A stretch of 64,000 nucleotides of DNA from contig CAYSFB010000002.1 in the NCBI GenBank assembly GCA_964430735.1, positions 7,390 to 71,389 of the forward strand. The letters run 5' to 3'. Origin of the DNA: an uncultured Planctomycetia bacterium (GTDB lineage Bacteria > Omnitrophota > Gorgyraeia > 2-02-FULL-51-18 > JAGOUK01). The notes beneath the pieces are model-generated. The model was given only the letters and a program-made list of their open reading frames with translations. It made no database searches and had not been told where the DNA came from. Within the stretch, counting starts at the first letter, position 1. Each line of letters opens with the position of its first letter. Made by a program: the position numbers and the translations under genes. This document shows, piece after piece, positions 1 through 9,700 of this stretch.

Positions 1-117
1 CCGAGGAGGCGTCCCCGCCGACGAGGAGCAAGGAGCGAGCGCGCTTAGTCTTTGACGGCGCGCGAGCGGCTCCGTCCGGAGCAAACAACTCTTTCCGCCT
101 TCGGCGCGGACGACGAT

Positions 118-561
118 CTAGTCTTGTTTACCGGCCGGCGTATGCTTTTTCGCGATCTGGTCGAGCACGCCGTTCACGAAACGGGCGCTCTCGGAGTCGC
201 CGAACTTTTTCGCGAGCTCGATCGCCTCGTTGATGGCGACCTTGTTGGGCACGTCGAACGCGTAAACGATCTCGGCCACGCCCAAGCGCAGGATGTTGCG
301 GTCGACGATGGCCATGCGCTTCATGTCCCAGTGCTCGGCGCAGGCTTCGATCATGTGGTCGATCGGCGCGCGGTTGCGGCGGACGATGTGGACGAGCTCT
401 TCGGAGAACTTCTTGACCTCGTTGTCGATGGGGCCGGCTTCACGGTTTTCGTCGAGCTGTTTCCAGAAGTCGAGCAGCTGCTCTTCGGTGAGATCCTTGA
501 TGATCTCGAACTGGTAGAGGAGCTGGACGGCGTATTCGCGGCTGTGGGAGCGTTTTCTCAT
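118..561 (-). CDS. nusB: Transcription antitermination factor NusB
   Basis: 147-aa ORF with a NusB-like sequence (AVQLLYQFE..., RNRAPIDHMIEA..., DRNILRLGVAEI). It lies immediately downstream of ribH in the classic ribH-nusB arrangement. Confidence 0.85.
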   Translation of the reverse strand: MRKRSHSREYAVQLLYQFEIIKDLTEEQLLDFWKQLDENREAGPIDNEVKKFSEELVHIVRRNRAPIDHMIEACAEHWDMKRMAIVDRNILRLGVAEIVYAFDVPNKVAINEAIELAKKFGDSESARFVNGVLDQIAKKHTPAGKQD

Positions 562-570
562 GGGATTCCT

Positions 571-1044
571 TTAAATTTTTTTCAGTAAATTCGCCATTTC
601 GATCGCGGCGCGCGCGCAGTCGCGGCCCTTGTTGCCGACCTTGCCGCCGGTGCGGTCGATCGCCTGCTTCAAATCGTTGGCCGAAACGACACCGTGGATC
701 ACGGGAATGTCCGACTCCAGCGCCGCCTGCATCGCGCCGCGCGCCGACTCGTCGACCACGTGGTCGAAGTGGCGCGTTTCGCCTTTGATCACCATGCCGA
801 GCGTGATGACCGCGTCGGCGCGGCGCTTGGCGAGGATGCGTTTCACGACGATCGGGAGCTCGAACGCGCCGGGCACATAGTAAACATCAATATTGGAGGG
901 CTTCACGCCGTGACGCGTGAGCGTGTCGATCGCGCCGTCGAGCAGCTTGTTCGTGAAGTACTCGTTGAACTGCGCGACGATGATCGCGATGCGCGTTTTG
1001 CCTGCGGCGAGTCCGCCTTTGATCCGGTTCGGCTGCTTCTTCAT
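571..1044 (-). CDS. ribH: 6,7-dimethyl-8-ribityllumazine synthase
   Basis: The last 157 aa of the 301-aa ORF match lumazine synthase (RIAIIVAQFNEYFT, VPGAFELP, GVVSANDLKQA). The in-frame ATG at 1044 overlaps the ribBA stop as ATGA. The upstream Arg/Pro-rich extension in the ORF track has no homology support. Confidence 0.85.
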   Translation of the reverse strand: MKKQPNRIKGGLAAGKTRIAIIVAQFNEYFTNKLLDGAIDTLTRHGVKPSNIDVYYVPGAFELPIVVKRILAKRRADAVITLGMVIKGETRHFDHVVDESARGAMQAALESDIPVIHGVVSANDLKQAIDRTGGKVGNKGRDCARAAIEMANLLKKI

Positions 1045-2252
1045 GAGTGTTTGAGCTGGTGTCCCATTTTTTTCCGCTTCGTCGCGAGGTACTTGGCGTT
1101 GTGCGGGTTGGGTTTCATTTCGAGCGGTTCGCGGCCGGTGACTTCTAGGCCGTAGCCGCTCAAGCCCACGATCTTCTTGGGATTGTTGGTGAGCAGGCGG
1201 ATCTTTTTGATGCCGAGGTCGGCGAGGATCTGCGCGCCGACGCCGTACTGGCGCAGGTCGGGGCCGAAGCCGAGCGCGAGGTTGGCCTGAACGGTGTCCA
1301 TTCCCCCGTCCTGGAGCGCGTAGGTCTTGAGCTTGTTGAGGAGGCCGATGCCGCGGCCTTCCTGACGCATGTAAAGAACGACGCCGCAGGGCTCTTCCGA
1401 GATCCGCTTCATCGCCGCGTCGAGCTGCGGGCCGCAGTCGCAGCGCATCGAGCCCAGCACGTCGCCGGTGAGGCATTCGGAATGCACGCGGACCAGCACT
1501 TCCTTGTGCTTCTCGGGTTCGCCTTTGACGAGCGCGATGTGCAGGTCCTTGTCGACGGTCGACTCGTACGCGATGAGCTTGAATGTGCCGTAAGGGTTGG
1601 TGATCTGGGTGCGGACCGCGGCGCAGACCAGGTTCTCGGTCTTGCGGCGGTGCTGGATGAGGTCGCGGATCGTGCAGATCTTGAGTTTGTGCTTCTTGGC
1701 GAACTTGCGCAGGTCGTTCAGGCGCGCCATCGTGCCGTCCGGGTTCATGATCTCGCAGATGACGCCGACCGGGCGGCAGCCGGCGAGACGCGCGATATCG
1801 ACGGCAGCTTCGGTGTGGCCGGCGCGGACGAGCACGCCGCCCTCTTTGGCCCGCAGCGGAAACACGTGCCCCGGCTTCACGAAGTCGGACGCGTGGGACT
1901 TGGGATTGGCGAGCAGATGAAAAGTATGCGCCCGGTCCTGCGCCGAAATACCGGTCGAGATGCCGCGCTTGGCGTCGATCGAAACGGTCCAGGCGGTCTT
2001 GAACGTGTCGCCGGATTGACCGACCATCGGATGAATGTCGAGCTCTTCCAGACGCTTGGAGTCCATCGGCGCACAGAGGATGCCGCGGCCGTGCAGGGCC
2101 ATAAAATTGATTTTTTCGGGCGTGGCGAATTCAGCCGCCATCACGAGGTCGCCCTCGTTTTCGCGGTCTTCATCGTCCATGACGATGACCATTTTGCCCT
2201 GCCGGATGTCCTTCAGGATGTCGGGGATCGAATTCAGTTTCATAAGGGTCAA
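1041..2252 (-). CDS. ribBA: Bifunctional 3,4-dihydroxy-2-butanone-4-phosphate synthase / GTP cyclohydrolase II
   Basis: 403 aa. The N-terminal half is DHBP synthase ([12 protein letters not shown]..., [16 protein letters not shown]). The C-terminal half is GTP cyclohydrolase II ([10 protein letters not shown]..., CDCGPQL..., [11 protein letters not shown]). Confidence 0.9.
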   Translation of the reverse strand: MTLMKLNSIPDILKDIRQGKMVIVMDDEDRENEGDLVMAAEFATPEKINFMALHGRGILCAPMDSKRLEELDIHPMVGQSGDTFKTAWTVSIDAKRGISTGISAQDRAHTFHLLANPKSHASDFVKPGHVFPLRAKEGGVLVRAGHTEAAVDIARLAGCRPVGVICEIMNPDGTMARLNDLRKFAKKHKLKICTIRDLIQHRRKTENLVCAAVRTQITNPYGTFKLIAYESTVDKDLHIALVKGEPEKHKEVLVRVHSECLTGDVLGSMRCDCGPQLDAAMKRISEEPCGVVLYMRQEGRGIGLLNKLKTYALQDGGMDTVQANLALGFGPDLRQYGVGAQILADLGIKKIRLLTNNPKKIVGLSGYGLEVTGREPLEMKPNPHNAKYLATKRKKMGHQLKHS

Positions 2253-3043
2253 TAGTATACCTTAAGGAGGGCGAGGCCGTGCGGGGCGGCGGTGCGGCCG
2301 GCCTGGAGGCGGTCCTTGGCCTTGAGGAGGCGCCGGACGTCGGAGGCGGGGCGGCGGCCCTTCCCCACTTCGACCAAAACGCCCATCATGATCCGGATCT
2401 GATGCCGCAGGAAGCTCTTGCCGACGATGTCGCAGACGATACGGTCGCCCGAGCGGCGGATCGCGAACCGGGTGATCGTCCGAACCCGGTCTTCCGCGTC
2501 GTCCGTGAGCGCCGAAAACGACGTGAAGTCGTGGCGGCCGACGAAGGATTGAGCGGCTTCGCGCATCGCGTCGACGTCGAGGTCCGGATGGACCCAAAGC
2601 ACCGTGTCGACGTCGAAGACGGGCTTCGCGCGGCTCGCATGGATCTCGTACCGGTAGTGCTTGGCCTTGGAACCGAACCGGGCGTTGAAGCCGGGCGGCG
2701 CAAAACGGAGGTCGCGGACCGCGACGTCGTCCGGCAGATGGAAGTTGAGCGCTTCTTTGAGCTTGAACAGCGTGAGATTCTTGGAAGGAAAAAGCTCGAA
2801 CTGGACGACTTGTCCCTTGGCGTGGACGCCCGCGTCGGTGCGGGACGCGGCGGTGAGCTTGGGCTCCTGGCCGGACGCTTTTTTGAGCGCCGCCTCAAAA
2901 ACCTGCTGGACCGTCCGCTCCCCCTGCTGCTGCGTCTGCCACCCGGAAAACTTTTTCCCGTGGTAGGCCAGCACCGCCCGGTAGGACCGGGCGGCCGCAG
3001 GTTTATTTTTTCCCGATGAGCTTTTCGGCGATTTGGACTGCAT
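2249..3043 (-). CDS. truA: tRNA pseudouridine synthase A (TruA)
   Basis: TruA-like core ([18 protein letters not shown]..., RTDAGVHA..., HQIRIMMG). The Lys/Ser-rich N-terminus overlaps the asd stop by 40 nt, so the true start may be an alternative codon further downstream. Confidence 0.75.
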   Translation of the reverse strand: MQSKSPKSSSGKNKPAAARSYRAVLAYHGKKFSGWQTQQQGERTVQQVFEAALKKASGQEPKLTAASRTDAGVHAKGQVVQFELFPSKNLTLFKLKEALNFHLPDDVAVRDLRFAPPGFNARFGSKAKHYRYEIHASRAKPVFDVDTVLWVHPDLDVDAMREAAQSFVGRHDFTSFSALTDDAEDRVRTITRFAIRRSGDRIVCDIVGKSFLRHQIRIMMGVLVEVGKGRRPASDVRRLLKAKDRLQAGRTAAPHGLALLKVYY

Positions 3044-4055
3044 TGAGCGCCGCGCCCTTGCGGATCTGGTCGCCCGACACGAAAAGACCGATGGTCTTTT
3101 TCGAGAACAGGTCCTGGCGGATGCGGCCGACGAGCACGTCGTCCTGATGCGCCGAATCCACCGGCATCGGGAAATAATTGGCGCCGACCTTGTCGACGAC
3201 CTTCACGCCCGGGGCCTTCGCGAGTACTTTGCGCGCCTGATCGGGCGTGATCGCCTTGTCGAACTTGGCGTAGATTGCCTCGGAATGCGCGCGCATCACC
3301 GGGACGCGGACGCAGGTCACCTGGACCTTGATGTCCTTGTCGCCGAGGATCTTGTGCGTTTCCTTGACCATCTTCATCTCTTCCTCGTTGTACCCTTCCG
3401 GGCCGACGCTGGAATTGTGGCTGAAGACGTTAAACGCGATCTGGTGCTTGAAGATCTTCTTCGTCGGCTTCTTGCCGGCGAGGATTTCGCCCGCCTGCAC
3501 GCGCAGCTCTTCCATCGCCTGCGCACCCGCGCCCGAAGCCGCCTGATACGTCGCGACGTTGAAGCGCTTGAGGCCCGCCGCCTTGTGCAAAGGATACAGC
3601 GCCATGAGAGCGACAATGGTCGAGCAGTTGGGATTGGCGATGATGCGCTTCTTGCCGCTGTTCTTGATTTCGGAGGCGTTGATCTCCGGGATCACGAGCG
3701 GAACTTCGGGGTCCATCCGGAACGCCGAGGTGTTGTCGATCATCACCGCGCCGGCCTTGAGCACCGCCGAGGCGAATTGCTTCGAAATGGAACCGCCCGC
3801 CGAGGCAAGGACGATGTCCACACCCTTGAACGAATCCTGCGTGAGCAGCTGCACCGTGTGGGTCTTGCCGCCAAAGCGGATCTTGCGGCCCGCCGAGCGC
3901 TCGGACGCGAGGAGCTTGATGCTGGCGATCGGGAACTTGCGCTCCTCGAGGATCTGCATCATCTCCACGCCGACGGCGCCGGTGGCGCCCATGATCGCGA
4001 CGTTGTACGCGGGCTTTTTCTTGAAGCGCAGGACTTCTGTCTCTGACTTCGCCAT
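3003..4055 (-). CDS. asd: Aspartate-semialdehyde dehydrogenase
   Basis: The C-terminal 350 aa of the 423-aa ORF match Asd (NVAIMGATGAVG..., NPNCSTI..., SGAG motif). The ATG at 4055 lies 1 nt upstream of the leuB stop. The N-terminal 73-aa extension in the track is low-complexity, out of homology, and rejected. Confidence 0.85.
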   Translation of the reverse strand: MAKSETEVLRFKKKPAYNVAIMGATGAVGVEMMQILEERKFPIASIKLLASERSAGRKIRFGGKTHTVQLLTQDSFKGVDIVLASAGGSISKQFASAVLKAGAVMIDNTSAFRMDPEVPLVIPEINASEIKNSGKKRIIANPNCSTIVALMALYPLHKAAGLKRFNVATYQAASGAGAQAMEELRVQAGEILAGKKPTKKIFKHQIAFNVFSHNSSVGPEGYNEEEMKMVKETHKILGDKDIKVQVTCVRVPVMRAHSEAIYAKFDKAITPDQARKVLAKAPGVKVVDKVGANYFPMPVDSAHQDDVLVGRIRQDLFSKKTIGLFVSGDQIRKGAALNAVQIAEKLIGKK

Positions 4056-4056
4056 T

Positions 4057-5127
4057 TTAGAGTCCTTTGACGACGAGGTCGCCGACTTCGCTGGTGGAAT
4101 AGCCCATCTTGCCGGCGCTCTGGCTCTTGAGCTGGGTGCAGACGTGCATGACGGATTTTTCGATCGCCTGGGCCGAGACGGTTTCGCCGACTTCTTCGAG
4201 CAGCATGCCGCCCGCCGCGATCGCGGCCAGCGGGTTGATGACGCCGAGACCCGTGTACTTGGGTGCGGAACCACCGATGGGTTCGAACATCGACACGCTC
4301 TCGGGGTGGATGTTGCCGCCCGCCGCGATGCCCATGCCGCCCTGGATCATGGCGCCCAGGTCGGTGATGATGTCACCGAACATGTTGTCGGTCACGATGA
4401 CGTCAAACCATTCGGGGTTCTTCACCATCCACATGCAGGTGGCGTCCACGTGCGCGTAGTCGGTGGTGACGTCCGGATATTCTTTGGCGACTTCCTGGAA
4501 CACGCGCCACCAGAGGTCATGCGCGTAGGTCAGAACGTTGGTCTTGGCGCAGAGCGTGAGCTTCTTACGCTTGTTGCGCTTGCGCGTAAATTCGAACGCG
4601 TAGCGGATGCAGCGCTCGACGCCCTTGCGGGTGTTGCGAGAGACCTGCAGCGCGACTTCCTGGGGCGTGCCCTTGTCGATGAACTGGCCTTCGCCGACGT
4701 AGAGGCCTTCGGTGTTTTCGCGGACGACGACGAAGTCGATGTCCTTGGGGCCCTTGTCCTTGAGCGGCGTATCGACGCCGGGATACAGGCGGACCGGGCG
4801 CAGGTTGATGTACTGGTCGAGGCCGAAGCGGGTCTTGAGCAGGATGCCGCGCTCGAGAATGCCGGGGGCGACGTCGGGGTGGCCGATCGCGCCGAGCAGG
4901 ATCGCGTCATACTTCTTCAGGTCCTGAACTTCCTGATCGGAAATGGTCTGCTTGGTCTTGAGATAGCGCTCGCCGCCGTAGTCGAGCATCGTGTAGTTGA
5001 GCTTGAATCCGTTTTTCTTGGCCGAGGCGTTCATCACCTTGATGGCTTCGCGCACGACTTCCGGGCCGGTGCCGTCGCCGCCGATGACGGCGATGTTGTA
5101 ATTGCGGGAGGTGTTCTTGGGTTTCAT
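4057..5127 (-). CDS. leuB: 3-isopropylmalate dehydrogenase family enzyme (LeuB-like; tartrate/isocitrate DH not excluded)
   Basis: 356 aa with signatures of the beta-decarboxylating dehydrogenase family (GGDGTGPEV, NLRPV, VRENTEGLYVG, NMFGDIITDL). Confidence 0.7.
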   Translation of the reverse strand: MKPKNTSRNYNIAVIGGDGTGPEVVREAIKVMNASAKKNGFKLNYTMLDYGGERYLKTKQTISDQEVQDLKKYDAILLGAIGHPDVAPGILERGILLKTRFGLDQYINLRPVRLYPGVDTPLKDKGPKDIDFVVVRENTEGLYVGEGQFIDKGTPQEVALQVSRNTRKGVERCIRYAFEFTRKRNKRKKLTLCAKTNVLTYAHDLWWRVFQEVAKEYPDVTTDYAHVDATCMWMVKNPEWFDVIVTDNMFGDIITDLGAMIQGGMGIAAGGNIHPESVSMFEPIGGSAPKYTGLGVINPLAAIAAGGMLLEEVGETVSAQAIEKSVMHVCTQLKSQSAGKMGYSTSEVGDLVVKGL

Positions 5128-5151
5128 GTGGGTTTCCTTGGTGTAAAACTC

Positions 5152-5185
5152 GGGGACATGTTAGCGTCCTCGCTAACGTGTCCCC
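5152..5185. repeat. Imperfect palindrome GGGGACATGTTAGCG-tcct-CGCTAACGTGTCCCC (REP-like hairpin, possible thiG terminator / leuB leader structure)
   Basis: Two 15-nt arms with a 4-nt loop, read directly. It lies in the 71-nt spacer between the thiG stop (5199) and the leuB start (5127). A second copy of the same arm sequence is at 22374..22407. Confidence 0.6.
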
Positions 5186-5198
5186 TTTGATTAAAAGT

Positions 5199-5990
<792 letters not shown>

Positions 5991-6056
5991 GATTTTTTGG
6001 AAGCCAAGATTATATAGCCCTTGAGAGGGGGAAGCAAGAAATCCCCTCGAAGAGGT

Positions 6057-6455
6057 TTAGCGGATAAAGCGGACCTTGATCTGGCCGCGGACGGACTCAA
6101 AGTCCCGGTCGGCGGTCAGGAGTTCTCCGCCGCTAAATTGGGCGAGCGCGGCGGCGAAGCCGTCGGCATAAGCTAGTTTTCCTGAGGATTTAAATTCAGC
6201 GGCAGACTCCGAAGATTCTTTGTCGGCGGGTACGATGTCGATGGGAAACGAGGCGGTTGCCTGCAGGATCAAGCGGGCTTTTTCAGCCCCCATGTCACGC
6301 TCCATGACATAAGACACCTCGCCCCAATTGACGGCGGATATCAGAAGCGTGTCATCTTCAGTATAAGCAAGATCCAAGGCCTTGACGACTTCACCGTATC
6401 CGGGTTCCCGGCGCAAATAGGCCAATAAGGCCGACGCGTCCAGGACCCGCTTCAT
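6057..6455 (-). CDS. vapC: PIN-domain toxin (VapC-like)
   Basis: 132 aa with the PIN-fold pattern (N-terminal D in VLDASALLAYL, conserved acidic residues, C-terminal LLTADRDF). It overlaps the upstream antitoxin gene by 4 nt. Confidence 0.7.
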   Translation of the reverse strand: MKRVLDASALLAYLRREPGYGEVVKALDLAYTEDDTLLISAVNWGEVSYVMERDMGAEKARLILQATASFPIDIVPADKESSESAAEFKSSGKLAYADGFAAALAQFSGGELLTADRDFESVRGQIKVRFIR

Positions 6456-6712
6456 ACTCCGAACCTTCTGAGCTTGGCATCTTCTCGGCGCTTCTCACGG
6501 GCTTTTTCCTCAAACAGAATCTTGGTCAAGCTGCCCTTGCCGGCCGCCATTCCCGCCATCCGCTCGAAGTAGCCGCGAGTCAGCGGCTGGATCACGATCT
6601 GCCCCCCTTGCTCAAAAACGTTGAGCCGTGTCCCTGCACCGATATTCAGATGCTTGCGGATCGCGGCCGGAATTACGATCTGGCCTTTACTGGTGATCAC
6701 GGTGGTTGTCAT
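6452..6712 (-). CDS. vapB: AbrB/MazE-type (swapped-hairpin) antitoxin, VapB-like
   Basis: 86 aa. The N-terminus (VITSKGQIVIPAAIRKHLNIGAGTRLNVFEQGGQIVIQPL) is a typical SpoVT/AbrB DNA-binding fold. It is 4-nt overlap-coupled to the PIN gene. Confidence 0.65.
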   Translation of the reverse strand: MTTTVITSKGQIVIPAAIRKHLNIGAGTRLNVFEQGGQIVIQPLTRGYFERMAGMAAGKGSLTKILFEEKAREKRREDAKLRRFGV

Positions 6713-6793
6713 GAGAGCCTCCTGTTTCTTAGCGAAAGTATGCCCAAAACAGGAAGGTAAGTCAATATTTACAAACGTATTACTTATTAGTCT

Positions 6794-9700
6794 TTAGGCG
6801 GATATTTCAGAGAGGCGGGCGCCGCGGCGGAAGAAGTCGAGCATTTGGCTGACGGAAAGGCCCGCCGGAAGCGCCTTGAAGGCGTAGGTCCGGCGTTCGG
6901 CTACGGACGCGGTTCCGGCGACGATCCGTCCGGCGACGTCCGCTGGCACGTGAACGACCCGGGCTAGGGCGGCCCAGGCCTCTAGAAGCGGCTGGGGCAA
7001 ATGAGCAGGATCCTCTGCCCGCGCGATCGCGGCCGCCAAAAGAACCGCTGCGCGGATCGCCGGGGTCTCGCTTTCGCGCAAGCGCTGTTCGTAGAGGTTG
7101 TTGCCTTTGAAGCGGACCGTCACGTCGTCGGACAGATAGCCATGCGCCGCGCCCTTAGGCGCCTGAATGGAAAAAAGTTCCTTGCCGATTTTTTTGGCCG
7201 CCTCGATCATTTCCGGATCCAATGCGGGATTTTCGTCCAACTCAAAAAACAGTTGCGTGTCCGCACGGCGAAGTACGATCAGCTGCCTCACCCGGTATTC
7301 GACCGAAGCGATCGCCGCCGCTCTCCCCCTGGGAGTGCTCAAGAGGCCTGGATCCGCACCGATCGTCACCCGGATCGCCACGTCCTTGTCGGCCGATATC
7401 CCGGCCGATTCCGCAATCTTTTGAATCACAAAGTTCAGGAGGTTTGTTTCCGATTTTTCAGCAAAATCAACCGCATCCTGTGAGGTTTTCTTAGACTCGC
7501 GGGATGAACGGTCGTCGGCCGGGATTGGACTTAACGCTTCCCGGACGTCGCCAACAAGAAGTGTCCGACCTTCAATCTGACCCGTCACATACCACTCCGC
7601 CGCACCAGGCCCCGCCAGACTCACCGAACCTTCTAAATTGGATCCGCGCGCAATCACCGAATAGTCCTCGATCATTCGACGACGATTCTCTTCAGAAAGG
7701 TCCGACCAACCGACAGAACCCATCTGATTGAATCCTGCTGTCGATGATGTCGCCAGCCGCGCGCCTTTGTCAGAGCCTGATTCGGACAATGGCGCTGCAG
7801 GATTAAAAATAGCTTTTAACCGGTCCAAATATTCCGCGCGGATACTTCCCTGCGCCGCAAGCTCCAGAGCTTCAAAATCTTCCGCACGGTCGAGCTCCGA
7901 TTCGATTTGGTCGGCGTTTTTTCTGTCCCCGAGATACTCTGCGATCACCTTGGCCGCGGCCTCCAGCTGATGCCGCGTGACATCTGCGCGAATCCCTTCC
8001 AAATAAACGACCAACGGCGTCTTGTCTCTCACGAACAAGCCATTTTTGCGGTCCCCTTCGAACACGAAGGCGTTGCCCATAAAATCGTCCCGCTCCGCCA
8101 CCATGACCAAGGCATGCTCCGAAATGCTCGCAAGCAGCTTGATCAACAATTCCCCGGGACGCGTGTGGAAACCCCGTTTGCCGGTGCGAAGAATTGCGGG
8201 AGCGGCCGCCTTGGCGGTCTCCGGGAGCAACCGGGCCCGCAACTGAGCAAAATTGCCTTCAACATCCCCGCGGTCCGATGCCAGTTTATTGGCGTTGGTC
8301 AACCGGATCAAACCCCGATCCAAATCCGCGCGGTTGATCCCCTCCAGTTTCAGCACCAGGTAATCAAGCAGCAATCTAAATTCGGCTTCGTCGTCACCGG
8401 CCCGATGATCCAAAAACTTTTGATAATCCCCGAAGTACTGAAGATTCGCCACGCGATCGCTTTTCTCGTACCGGGCCATCTCGGACAACGCGTTGAACTC
8501 ATCGTCGGTCAACGGGCTTGCCGAAAGCACGAACTCTGACTCCGGCGCGTCAAGCATCGCTTCTTCTTCGCGCATGCCGGCAATCACGTCGGCAAATTCC
8601 CTAGGAGAATCGTTGGCGATGTGCTCGATGCCCGTCGCGATGGCCAGCGCCATATCGGCTCTGTCCCGGATGCCGTAAGCGTAGGTCTTAAGACCCGATT
8701 TCCGGATTTGATCCACCGTCGGAGGATCCTTCCAATCGCTCAGGTGCAGGTCCAAGCCTTCGATGCCGTGTTCCTTCGCGTAACGGATGTGTTGATCGAT
8801 GGACCGGATCGGATAAAGCTTTTCTTCCGCGTCAAGTGTGTCCGGCGGGTAAACGGAGCCGTCCTGGGGCATCGTGATCAAGGCCGTTTGGATGCGCGGA
8901 GCGAGCCGCTTCAATTCGGCGAGATACTCCGGAATGAACGAAATGACGATCGCCTGGTCCAAAAAGTCCATGCGGGTAAGCGTCTCGATCAACTTCGGAA
9001 CGATGCCGTCCCCTGACTTGATCTCGATCTGCAGCGGAACGTTCGCCTGCTTGGCGACGTCGATCACCTCTTCAAGCGTCGGAATCGTGCCGCTGGGCAT
9101 CCACTTCTCATGAAGGCTGATCGACTGGAGCTCGGCTAGCGTCAGATCCTCGGCTTTGTCTGACCGCTTTCCCTGCGTCATGCGGTGCAGGTCCAGGTCA
9201 TGGAACACAAATATTTTTCCGTCCGCGCTCAGCCGGATATCGCACTCCAGCTCTTCCGCGCCGGCGGCGACCGCCGACTTGAACGCCGGCACTGTGTTTT
9301 CCACCTGGCCGTCACCCCGGCCCCGATGCCCTACGTTTCGCGAAGTCAACGCCAACCGCGCACCCTGGGCTTTGGATTGATCGTTTTGGGTATCGGGGAG
9401 CAGGATGTCCCTGAGATAATTCTGCCGGGTGATGAGATTCTCGATTTCGCCGTTCGGGCTTTGGAAAAATCTCTCGACCGCGGGCCGGACGCGGGCGACG
9501 GCCGCCGGGTCGTTCCGCAGGATGGAAACCAGTTTTAATTCGAGCTTGTCCCCTTTTTCGATATTGATCGACAGTATTTGAATGGGATCGTCGGCCTCAG
9601 CAGTTCTGCCATTTTTGAGATTTTTTACCCAAATCTGAACCTGATGGTCCTGCATGATCCAATTGGCCAAATGAGCGCTCCGCTGCGAAGGATGGAGATG

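Noticed and set aside
1-117. Possible gene fragment downstream of nusB at the left edge
   Set aside because: It is too short, and no recognisable motif is present, so I cannot distinguish coding from intergenic sequence.
571-1476. N-terminal extensions of the ribH (to 1476), asd (to 4274), tpiA (to 28093) and aguA (to 63944) ORFs in the track
   Set aside because: The extensions are Arg/Pro/Ser-rich and overlap the upstream gene in another frame. The conserved proteins begin at internal ATGs (1044, 4055, 27967, 63611) that abut the upstream stop codons.
5991-6056. Small GAGGGGG...CCCCTC hairpin between thiG and vapC as a terminator
   Set aside because: The stem is short, and no U-run follows on the minus-strand transcript. 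It is more likely part of the thiG promoter/leader, so it is not reported as a feature.
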